From: an uncultured Dechloromonas sp.
Lineage (GTDB): Bacteria > Pseudomonadota > Gammaproteobacteria > Burkholderiales > Rhodocyclaceae
Length of the DNA stretch: 64,000 nucleotides
Direction: 5' to 3'
NCBI GenBank assembly: GCA_964583695.1
Contig: CAZOWA010000012.1
Span: forward strand, 11,077-75,076
The notes under the pieces were generated by a model. The model had not been told where the DNA came from, did not search any database, and saw only the letters and a program-made list of their open reading frames with translations. This document shows, piece after piece, positions 10,610 through 19,300 of the stretch. The stretch's first letter is position 1; every line of letters starts with the position of its first letter. The position numbers and the translations under genes were made by a program.

Positions 10610-12094
10610 ATGTCGACTTACCCGCTGCTATCTCTCGCCATCTGGATTCCGATCATTGCCGGTCTGGTGGTGCTCGCCACCGGCTCCGACCGGAATGCGC
10701 CGCTGGCCCGGATGCTCGCCCTGTTTGGCGCGCTTATCGGTTTTCTGGTGACCATCCCGCTTTGGACGGGCTTTGACACTGCCAACAGTGGCATGCAGTT
10801 CGTCGAGCTTGCCAACTGGATTCCGGGTCTGCGTATCAAATACCACCTTGGGGTGGATGGCATATCGATGCTGTTCGTTCTGCTCAATGCTTTCATCACG
10901 ATCATCGTCGTGGCCGCAGGCTGGGAAGTCATCAAGGAAAAGATTGCGCAGTACAACGCGGCCTTCCTGATTATGTCGGGTTTGATGAACGGCATCTTCA
11001 CTTCGCTCGATGGCATGCTGTTCTATGTTTTCTTTGAAGCGTCGCTGATCCCGCTCTATCTCATCATCGGTGTCTGGGGTGGTCCGAACCGCGTTTATGC
11101 CGCCCTGAAGTTCTTCCTCTACACCCTGTTCGGCTCTCTGCTTTTCCTGCTTGCGCTGGCCTATCTGTTCATCCAGTCCAACGGTAGCTTCTCCATCCTC
11201 GAATGGCACAAACTGCCGATCGCCATGGGGCCGCAGATCTGGTTGTTCCTCGCCTTCCTCATTGCCTTCGCCGTCAAGGTGCCGATGTGGCCGGTGCATA
11301 CCTGGTTGCCCGATGCTCACGTTGAAGCGCCGACCGGCGGTTCCATCGTGCTGGCTGCGATTGCCCTGAAGCTCGGCGCCTACGGTTTCCTGCGGTTTTC
11401 CCTGCCGATCGTGCCGGATGCCTCGCATCAACTGTCCTGGCTGGTCATTGCGCTGTCGCTGATTGCCGTGGTTTATATTGGCTTCGTCGCCCTGGTTCAG
11501 GCCGACATGAAAAAGCTGGTCGCCTATTCATCCATCGCGCACATGGGTTTCGTTTCCCTCGGCTTCTTCATGTTCAGCCCGATGGGGATCGAAGGTGCGC
11601 TGGTCCAGATGGTTTCCCACGGTTTCGTTTCAGGCGCCATGTTCTTCTGTATCGGCGTCATGTATGACCGTGTGCATAGCCGCCAGATCGCCGATTACGG
11701 CGGTGTGGTGAATACCATGCCCAAGTTCGCTGCCCTGTTCATGCTGTTCTCGATGGCTAACGCGGGCCTGCCGGCGACTTCCGGCTTCGTCGGCGAGTTC
11801 ATGGTCATTCTCGGTGCCGTCGAATACAACTTCTGGGTCGCCTTTGCCGCCGCAACCTCGCTGATCATCGGTGCCGCCTACACCCTGTGGATGTACAAGC
11901 GGGTGATCTTCGGCAACGTCACCAATCATCATGTCGAGGAACTCACCGACATCAATTTGCGCGAGTTCGCCATCCTTGGCGTGCTGGCCATCTGTACCCT
12001 CTTGATGGGCCTGTATCCCCAGCCCTTCACCGAAGTCATGCACGCCTCGGTCAACGAGCTGCTGAACCACGTCAATATCAGCAAGATTCAATAA
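10610..12094 (+). CDS. nuoM: NADH-quinone oxidoreductase subunit M
   Basis: ORF 10559-12094; the likely start is the ATG at 10610 (MSTYPLLSLAIWIPI). Antiporter-like subunit with VPMWPVHTWLPDAHVEAPT. Confidence 0.95.
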   Translation: MSTYPLLSLAIWIPIIAGLVVLATGSDRNAPLARMLALFGALIGFLVTIPLWTGFDTANSGMQFVELANWIPGLRIKYHLGVDGISMLFVLLNAFITIIVVAAGWEVIKEKIAQYNAAFLIMSGLMNGIFTSLDGMLFYVFFEASLIPLYLIIGVWGGPNRVYAALKFFLYTLFGSLLFLLALAYLFIQSNGSFSILEWHKLPIAMGPQIWLFLAFLIAFAVKVPMWPVHTWLPDAHVEAPTGGSIVLAAIALKLGAYGFLRFSLPIVPDASHQLSWLVIALSLIAVVYIGFVALVQADMKKLVAYSSIAHMGFVSLGFFMFSPMGIEGALVQMVSHGFVSGAMFFCIGVMYDRVHSRQIADYGGVVNTMPKFAALFMLFSMANAGLPATSGFVGEFMVILGAVEYNFWVAFAAATSLIIGAAYTLWMYKRVIFGNVTNHHVEELTDINLREFAILGVLAICTLLMGLYPQPFTEVMHASVNELLNHVNISKIQ

Positions 12095-12106
12095 ACGGTA
12101 GCCGAC

Positions 12107-13582
12107 ATGTTCGACAATTTCGTTGTCCCCGATCTCCTGCCCGCCGCACCGGAAATTTTCCTCGCGGTCATGGCGCTGGCCATTCTCATGATTGATCTTC
12201 TGGTCAAGGACAGCCGCCGTACGGTGACCTTTGTCCTGACCCAGCTGACGCTGGTCGGATGCGCCTATATCCAGTTCGTGACCAGTTCCGGCGAGATTAT
12301 CTACACGTTCAGCAACATGTTCGTCGATGATCTGATGTCTGACCTGCTCAAGCTCTTCCTCTACATGACCATGATCATGGTCATGTTCTACTCGCGCACC
12401 TACGTCCAGGAGCGGGAGTCGATGAACAAGGGCGAGTACTACGTTCTGGCCCTGTTCGCCACGCTCGGCATGATGGTCATGATCTCGGCCAATCACTTCC
12501 TGACCCTCTACGTCGGCCTTGAGCTCCTCTCCCTGTCGCTTTACGCGATGGTGGCCATGAATCGTGACTCGGTGGCCTCCACCGAAGCCGCCATGAAGTA
12601 TTTTGTTCTCGGCGCGCTGGCGTCTGGTCTTCTGCTCTATGGCATGTCGATGATCTACGGTGCGACCGGCAGCCTCGAAATCACTACCGTGGCCGACCGT
12701 CTGTCCGGTGGCGCCAACAAGTCGGTGATGATTTTCGGTCTGGTCTTCCTGGTCTCCGGCCTGGCCTTCAAGCTCGGTGTCGTTCCCTTCCACATGTGGA
12801 TTCCCGACGTCTATCAGGGCGCGCCGACCTCGGTTACCCTGCTGATCGGTTCCGCACCGAAGCTGGCTGCCTTCGCCATCGTCATGCGTCTGCTGGTCAA
12901 TGGCCTGATCACCATGGCGGCCGACTGGCAGAACATGCTGATCATCCTTTCCGTGCTCTCCATGGCGGTTGGTAATCTCGCCGCCATTGCACAGACCAAC
13001 CTCAAGCGCATGCTTGCCTACTCGGCAATCTCGCACATGGGCTTCATGCTGCTCGGCATCGTCACCGGTGTCGTCAGTGGCGACGCCCGCTATGCGCTGA
13101 ACGCGTACAGCTCTTCGATGTTCTACGTCATCGCCTACGTGATGATGAGCCTCGGTACCTTCGGCATGATCCTGCTCATGTCGCGCGCCGGGTTCGAAGC
13201 CGAGAACATCAGCGACTTCAAGGGCCTCAACAAGCGCAGCCCGTGGTTTGCCGCCGTGATGATGATGTTCATGTTCTCGATGGCCGGCATTCCCTTCTTC
13301 ATTGGCTTCTTTGCCAAGTTCACGGTGATCCTCTCCGTGGTTGTTGCCGGTTACTGGTGGCTGGCCATTGCCGCCGTCGCTTTCTCGCTGATCGGCGCCT
13401 TCTATTACCTGCGCGTCGTCAAGGTCATGTACTTCGATGCGCCGACCGATGACACCCCGATTACCGCAGGCATGGACATGCGCATCCTGATCTCGGCTAA
13501 TGGTCTGGCGGTTGCGCTGCTCGGCATTTTCCCGCAGTTCATCATGACCCTGTGCGCCTTTGCCATTCTCCGTTCGCTCTGA
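12107..13582 (+). CDS. nuoN: NADH-quinone oxidoreductase subunit N
   Basis: 491-aa antiporter-like subunit ([16 protein letters not shown]) and the last gene of the nuo block. Confidence 0.95.
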   Translation: MFDNFVVPDLLPAAPEIFLAVMALAILMIDLLVKDSRRTVTFVLTQLTLVGCAYIQFVTSSGEIIYTFSNMFVDDLMSDLLKLFLYMTMIMVMFYSRTYVQERESMNKGEYYVLALFATLGMMVMISANHFLTLYVGLELLSLSLYAMVAMNRDSVASTEAAMKYFVLGALASGLLLYGMSMIYGATGSLEITTVADRLSGGANKSVMIFGLVFLVSGLAFKLGVVPFHMWIPDVYQGAPTSVTLLIGSAPKLAAFAIVMRLLVNGLITMAADWQNMLIILSVLSMAVGNLAAIAQTNLKRMLAYSAISHMGFMLLGIVTGVVSGDARYALNAYSSSMFYVIAYVMMSLGTFGMILLMSRAGFEAENISDFKGLNKRSPWFAAVMMMFMFSMAGIPFFIGFFAKFTVILSVVVAGYWWLAIAAVAFSLIGAFYYLRVVKVMYFDAPTDDTPITAGMDMRILISANGLAVALLGIFPQFIMTLCAFAILRSL

Positions 13583-13610
13583 TGCGAACCGGTTGTGCTG
13601 ATTGATTGCT

Positions 13611-13638
13611 AACGCCCCGCTGGTCGGGGCGTTTTCCT
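13611..13638 (+). terminator. Rho-independent terminator after nuoN
   Basis: Hairpin AACGCCCCG-CTGGT-CGGGGCGTT followed by TTCCTGT, about 30 nt after the nuoN stop. Confidence 0.7.
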
Positions 13639-13652
13639 GTCCGGAGAGAAAA

Positions 13653-14195
13653 ATGTCGCATGACGCCCACCTGATCGAATCGGAAATTTCCAGCGAACGA
13701 GTGTTCAAGGGCGTTTTGCTTGATGTGCGCAAGGATCGTGTCCTGCTGCCGAACGGACAGGAATCGATCCGCGAATACATTGCCCATCCCGGTGCCGTCG
13801 TCATTCTGGCTTTTCTGCCCAACGGCAATCTGCTGTTCGAACGCCAGTTCCGCTATCCGTTGCGCCGCGTCTTTCTTGAACTGCCGGCCGGGAAAATCGA
13901 CCCAGGCGAGGCGATCATCGATACGGCCCGCCGCGAACTTCTGGAAGAGACGGGGTATACCGCCAGCGACTGGGAATACCTCGGCGTGATGCACCCGTGT
14001 ATTGGCTATTCGGACGAACGAATCGAGATTTTCGAAGCCCGCGGCCTGCACCTCGCCGGCGAAAAGCAGCTCGATCACAACGAATTTCTCGATGTGCTCG
14101 AAGTCTCGCCGGAAGAGGCTCGCCAGGCGGTGTGGGAAGGCCGGATCACCGACGCCAAGACCATCACGGCATTGTTCTGGCTTGATCGCCCTTGA
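13653..14195 (+). CDS. Nudix hydrolase (ADP-ribose pyrophosphatase-like)
   Basis: ORF 13602-14195; the ATG at 13653 lies just after the terminator. Nudix box GKIDPGEAIIDTARRELLEETGY is present. Confidence 0.85.
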   Translation: MSHDAHLIESEISSERVFKGVLLDVRKDRVLLPNGQESIREYIAHPGAVVILAFLPNGNLLFERQFRYPLRRVFLELPAGKIDPGEAIIDTARRELLEETGYTASDWEYLGVMHPCIGYSDERIEIFEARGLHLAGEKQLDHNEFLDVLEVSPEEARQAVWEGRITDAKTITALFWLDRP

Positions 14196-14203
14196 GAGGC
14201 TGC

Positions 14204-14240
14204 TGCGGTCAACCTGAAAAAACGTCTGTTTTTCTGAATC
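14204..14240 (+). repeat. Dispersed repeat family, half copy A
   Basis: TGCGGTCAACCTGAAAAAACGTCTGTTTTTCTG lies between the convergent Nudix and heme oxygenase genes. It shares the arm TGCGGTCAACC-N-GAAAAA-W-CG with the other copies. Confidence 0.8.
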
Positions 14241-14273
14241 GGAGTGAGCCGAGTTCTCCGGAGCGATTGCTCC

Positions 14274-14852
14274 TCAGGGGGTGGCTTTGGCGATCATTAG
14301 CAGGCCGGAAAAGGTAGCCCGAGCCGCGCTGAGTGCCTGCTCATGGGTTTCCGGTAGTGATAGTGACTTATCAAGGTGTTGCATGAGCTGGCTCCAACCA
14401 CTTTCGGCATCAGTCTGTCTGGCCAGTGTATTGAGAAAGGAAAAGTCCGCGACCGGTTTCCCGAAGTGCTGAGAGAGATGCGCACATATCTGGCGTGAAC
14501 CGTGTCGCGACCCTTCTACCACGTAAAGCACCCCGGCGATGTTGGCGATGGTCGCCAGTGGCAACGAGAACCCTGACTCCGGCCCTAGCGATGTGCAGGA
14601 ATCTCCAAGTTCGGCAACAAGCAGGGGAAGTCGCGGCAGATAAGGGTAGCCCGCATTCAGCGCACCTGCGGCGAGCCGTTGCTGCAAGCTGTTCTCAAAG
14701 CCCAGATAAAAACGGTACATTACTTTCAGAAACAGCCGATAGTTGGCCGGTGTAACCGAGGGGGTCATCAGCCCACAGAAAGGTGCACTCTTCTCGAGCA
14801 CGGCGTGTTCCAGGCGCAATGCCTGACGGAAGCGGTTCAGCGCCTCAGACAT
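14274..14852 (-). CDS. bphO: Heme oxygenase-like protein (biliverdin-producing, BphO-type)
   Basis: ORF 14274-14861; the ATG at 14852 overlaps the phytochrome stop by 8 nt (ATGTCTGA). Size is about 190 aa and it sits directly downstream of a bacteriophytochrome. Sequence similarity to the heme oxygenase family is recalled, not computed. Confidence 0.7.
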   Translation of the reverse strand: MSEALNRFRQALRLEHAVLEKSAPFCGLMTPSVTPANYRLFLKVMYRFYLGFENSLQQRLAAGALNAGYPYLPRLPLLVAELGDSCTSLGPESGFSLPLATIANIAGVLYVVEGSRHGSRQICAHLSQHFGKPVADFSFLNTLARQTDAESGWSQLMQHLDKSLSLPETHEQALSAARATFSGLLMIAKATP

Positions 14853-16308
14853 GTTCGGCAAATTCGAGCAGCAGTTCGCGAAGCTTCAGGGCCAGCAAGC
14901 GGGATTCATTGTTCCAGGGACGGCTGCTTCCCAGTCGTTTCTCTACCCAGCGTTCGAATGAGCGCCGCGGTGCAATGCCAAACTCTCCATCGTGATACTC
15001 AACGGGCTTTTCCGGGTTCCCTCCCCAGGCGATTTCGTGCACATATTCCTGGCGGGTGAGATAAACCAGCAGGAATTCGCGTTCCGATATCCTGACTTTT
15101 ACGGCCAGCAGCCCGGCAACTTCGGACAGGCCGAAGTCGGGAATTTGTTGCGACAGGCACTCACCCATCCAGATCGATTCAAGCGGTCGCGTCTGAAGCC
15201 AGGCATCGATTGCGGCAAGTTGCCCGGAACCGAGCTCCAGGCCCCAGCTTGCCGTTTCATCGCCAAATTGAAGGGTGGCGCCATCCGCCTCGAATTCCCG
15301 GGCCAGCCAAGCACCAATGTTACCGGGCCAGGCCGAGAACAGATTGCCGGATGCGTAAATCATGGTGCGGATATCGGAAAATCGCCTTGCCAGGCCGTCA
15401 ACCAGTTGAATTCTGCGCTGAGCCCAGTAAGAAGCGAGAGCGATCGAGTGCTGCTTCACCTCCTGCGCAATCGTCTCGAGCTGGCGCCTCGACAACATGG
15501 TGGGTTCCGGGTGGTGACAGGCAATCAGCCCCCAGAGATCCTGACCTATCTGAATGGGGAAAGAGAGCGAAGAGAGAACGCCCATGTTGGCCAGATACAG
15601 CTGGTGAACCGGTGAAACGCTACGTAGGTCGCTGTAGCTCAGATCGGGCGGCTCGTGGCCTTCCCGAAAGAGCAGGGATACCGGCCGGGCCTGCGCGTCC
15701 GGAATGAAACGCCAGGGATTCAGGCGATACAGAGTCCGGGCAATTTGCGGAATATCGCTGGCGGGGAAACGCAGACCGAGATAACTGCCATAGATGCCTT
15801 GCTGGCGTTTCTCGGCAATAACCTCGCCATCGCCATCTTCCCTGAAGCGGTAGTACAACACTCGTGGAAATTCGGATATGTCGGCAATTTTGGCTACCAG
15901 TGCGTTCTGGCGCTCGGCAATCGCCGCCTCATTGATCGGTGTGCCAATTTCCTGGGAAGTATTGGAATATATCCTGTCCCAGGCTATGTTTTGCGTGATT
16001 TCGATGATCGCCTGCCCGCCAGCATTGCGGCTGAGCGCTATGTCAAGCTGGCCTCTCGCTGTTGATGACGTGCCGAATTCGAGCCTGCTGCCCGGCTGTT
16101 CCGGGAGCGATTGCAACCAGCCGAGGAAAGGTTCAGGTGGTGTGGCGCCGAGGCGGAAGTGCGAAGTATCGAGCCATTCACCCATATTCTCGGAACAGGC
16201 TGTGAGCAGGCCTTCTCGACAGCATACAAGCAGTACGCCGTGAGGCTGAATGGCTGCTGAAAGGTGGAGCGCTTCCTTTTCACAACTATCGATGAAGCGC
16301 TTATCCAT
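14845..16308 (-). CDS. bphP: Bacteriophytochrome photosensory core (PAS-GAF-PHY) with no output domain
   Basis: The ATG at 16308 gives 487 aa. Motifs: N-terminal Cys (IDSCEKEALHLSAAIQPHGVLLV), RFPASDIPQIARTLY, SPVHQLYLANMGV, LWGLIACHH, and PHY tongue WGGNPEKP with PRRSFERW. The protein ends right after the PHY C-terminal helix. Confidence 0.9.
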   Translation of the reverse strand: MDKRFIDSCEKEALHLSAAIQPHGVLLVCCREGLLTACSENMGEWLDTSHFRLGATPPEPFLGWLQSLPEQPGSRLEFGTSSTARGQLDIALSRNAGGQAIIEITQNIAWDRIYSNTSQEIGTPINEAAIAERQNALVAKIADISEFPRVLYYRFREDGDGEVIAEKRQQGIYGSYLGLRFPASDIPQIARTLYRLNPWRFIPDAQARPVSLLFREGHEPPDLSYSDLRSVSPVHQLYLANMGVLSSLSFPIQIGQDLWGLIACHHPEPTMLSRRQLETIAQEVKQHSIALASYWAQRRIQLVDGLARRFSDIRTMIYASGNLFSAWPGNIGAWLAREFEADGATLQFGDETASWGLELGSGQLAAIDAWLQTRPLESIWMGECLSQQIPDFGLSEVAGLLAVKVRISEREFLLVYLTRQEYVHEIAWGGNPEKPVEYHDGEFGIAPRRSFERWVEKRLGSSRPWNNESRLLALKLRELLLEFAEHV

Positions 16309-19300
16309 GGGTGATGCTCGCCAGCAAGTCCTCGAATGCCGCCGCCTCCATCGGACGCGAGAGGTAGTAGCCCTGCAGTACGTCACAGCCATGCTTTTCA
16401 AGCCAGATGCGCTGTACCTCGGTTTCAACACCCTCGGCGACCGAGCGCAGGTTCAGGGTGCTGGTCAGGCTGAGTATGGCCATCGTGATTCCCTCATCGT
16501 CGCTGTCCTGTCCGAGCCCATCGACAAAACTCTTGTCGATTTTTAGCTCCGATATCGGCAAGCGCTTCAGGTAGGAGAGCGAGGAATAGCCTGTGCCAAA
16601 ATCATCAACGCTGATCTGGATACCATGCTCATGGAGTTCGGCAAGATTGTCGATGACGGCAGAACTGCTCTCGAGCAAGGCGTCCTCGGTGATTTCGACA
16701 CCGATCAGAGCCGGGGGGACACCCATTTCCTGTGCCATCCGGATGATTTCCGTGCCTGCGCCGGCCTCTCTCATGATTCGCGGCGAGCAGTTGAAAGCGA
16801 TTGGCGGCGGGTTGAGTCCGAGCTTCAGCCAGGTGGCAAGATGGGAGAACAGCAACTCCTGAACCCGCCGGGTCACTTCGCCGATTAGTCCGCAAGCCTC
16901 GCCGATCGGGATGAACTCGCCCGGCGGAATGTCGCCAAGTTCCGGGTCGCGCCAGCGCAGCAAGGCTTCGGCGCCCAGCAACTGGCGAATTTTTCCGGCG
17001 CAGAACTTGGGCTGGAATACGAGTCGCAGGCGATTCTGGTTGAGTGCAGCGCGCAGGGCGCTTTCCATGGTCGCACGCCGGAGCAGGCGAACATGCAGGT
17101 CGGGCAGGAAAAACTCGACACGATTGCGACCCAGTTCCTTGGCCCGGTACATCGCTGAATCCGCTGCTTTCAGTAGGGCCACGCTATCCTTTCCATCTTC
17201 CGGATAGAAGGCGACGCCGACGCTGGCGGAGACAAACAGCTGGCGATCATGGATATTGAACGAGGCGCCGAGTTCGTCAATGATTCTGCGAGCTACCAGG
17301 TGAGCCATCTGTTCGTTGCACTCAGACAGGATGGCAGTGAACTCGTCACCACCCAGACGGGCAACCGTGTCGATATCACGCATGACTTGCTGGAGGCGGT
17401 TTGCGACCTGCTTGAGCAACTCGTCACCAACATCGTGGCCGAGCGTATCGTTGATGTCCTTGAAGTTGTCGAGGTCAATGAACATCAACGCAACGCGCTC
17501 ATTCTTGCGACGTGCCTGCGCCAGCGCATGACGCAGGCGGTCCTGAAGGAGCGTACGGTTGGGAAGGCCGGTCAGAGCGTCATGGGCTGCGAGATATTCG
17601 GCCTTGCGCTGGGCATTCTTGATATCGGTGATATCGGAAAAGACGGCCACGTAATGCTCGATGGCCCCGTTTTCGTTGTCGACCCGGTTGATGGTCAGCC
17701 ATTCAGGATAAACATCGCCATCTTTACGGCGGTTCCAGATTTCACCCTGCCAGAAACCGTGCTCATTCAAACTGTCCCACATGGACTGGTAGAAATCCTT
17801 GCTGTGCCGCCCCGACCTGACCAGTTCGCCGATCGGGCGCCCCTTTGCCTCCGGTAGCGTATAGCCGGTTATCCCGGTAAAGGCGCGGTTGGTGGTCTGG
17901 ACTACTCCGGACGGGTCGGTGACGACGATCGCTTCCCCTGCATGATCGAACACCTTGGCAGTAATCCGCAGTTGATCCTCGGCTTCGCGGCGAGCTGAAA
18001 TATCTTCGGCTTCCATGGTCAGCGCCACCGGATTGCCATCAGCATCGAAAAGGGTCTGGTGAATTGCGTGCAGGTGCCGGACGCGGCCACCCTGTTCGAG
18101 GGAGTGTTCCGAAGTGATCGCTGTACGGGTACGCAGGGAGCTTACCGAGCTCTCCCAGAATGAAGCAGCAATTTCCGGCGGCAGGATGGCAAAATCCGTT
18201 TTCCCGATTACGTCGGCTTCCTGGAGGTCGAAAAATTCGAGAAAACGGTGATTCGCGTACAGATAGGCGCCGTAGATGTCACGCATCGCGAAAATTACCG
18301 TCGTATGGGCCATCAGCGAAGTCAGGCGCTGTTCCGACTCGAACAGGGCATTCTGTGCCACGACGATGTCGGTGACGTCCAGCATGCTGACTACCAGTGT
18401 GGAAACATCGCCAATCGCATTCAGTCCGGGCATGACGTTGACGCGAACGCTTCGCTCCCCGAATCTGACCATGGCATGTTCGGGCTCTCCGTGCGCCAGG
18501 GCATGCCCCATCCACAGGCTCATTCCCGCCAGCTCTTCTGGTAGCTTCAGGCTGTTCAGATGGTGCCGGATGGCTGACGGGCGCAGGTCGAACTTGCGGG
18601 CGGCAGGGGCGTTGAAGCGGACGAGTTGCATCGCCCGGTCGAAAACAAGCACCGGGAATTCGAGCGCATCGTAAAGGTGGACGTATTCCTCAGAGAGCTT
18701 CGACAGCTCCATGGTCTTGACGTTGAGCTCCTCGTTCAGGCTGACCAGTTCTTCATTGGTTGCCTGCATTTCCTCGTTGGCAGCTTCAAGTTCCTCATTG
18801 GTCGCCTGCAATTCCTCGTTGGATGCCTGAGCCTCCTCGTTCAGCGCCTGCATTTCCTCATTTGCTGTTGCCATTTCTTCAACCAGAGCCTGAAGATGCT
18901 CGCGAGTCGCCATCAACTCGTCTTCAAGCACCTCGCTGGCCGAAGAGGGGGACTCATCGGCAGCTTCCTCCGCCAATGTCTCGGGCACAAAGAGCACAAC
19001 CAGGAAATTGCCGCCAGCTTCGCGCACTGGCTGCATCATGATGCGTAGAAGGGCTTTGGCGACACGCCGACGCCTTCCTCGCTGGGGCTTTCCGGTCTGC
19101 TGGCAGCGTCGCTGAAGCGTGAATACCTCGCTACGCAATTCGGGCAGGATGACATCGCCGAGATTGAGGCGTGAGGTCCCCTGCGGAAACTGGAGAAAAC
19201 GCTCTACCTCGCCAATGCTGTGCAATACGTTGCCGTCGTTGTCGCAAAGCACCGCCGTGGCATTGAATTGAGACAGCAGGCCGGAAACCAGAATCTCGAA

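Noticed and set aside
18724-18870. Reading the 21-nt tandem periodicity as a hypervariable VNTR or contingency locus.
   Set aside because: It encodes the NEEL/NEEM heptad coiled coil characteristic of CheB/CheR fusion proteins. The units are diverged at synonymous and non-synonymous positions, which is not typical of slippage-prone identical repeats.
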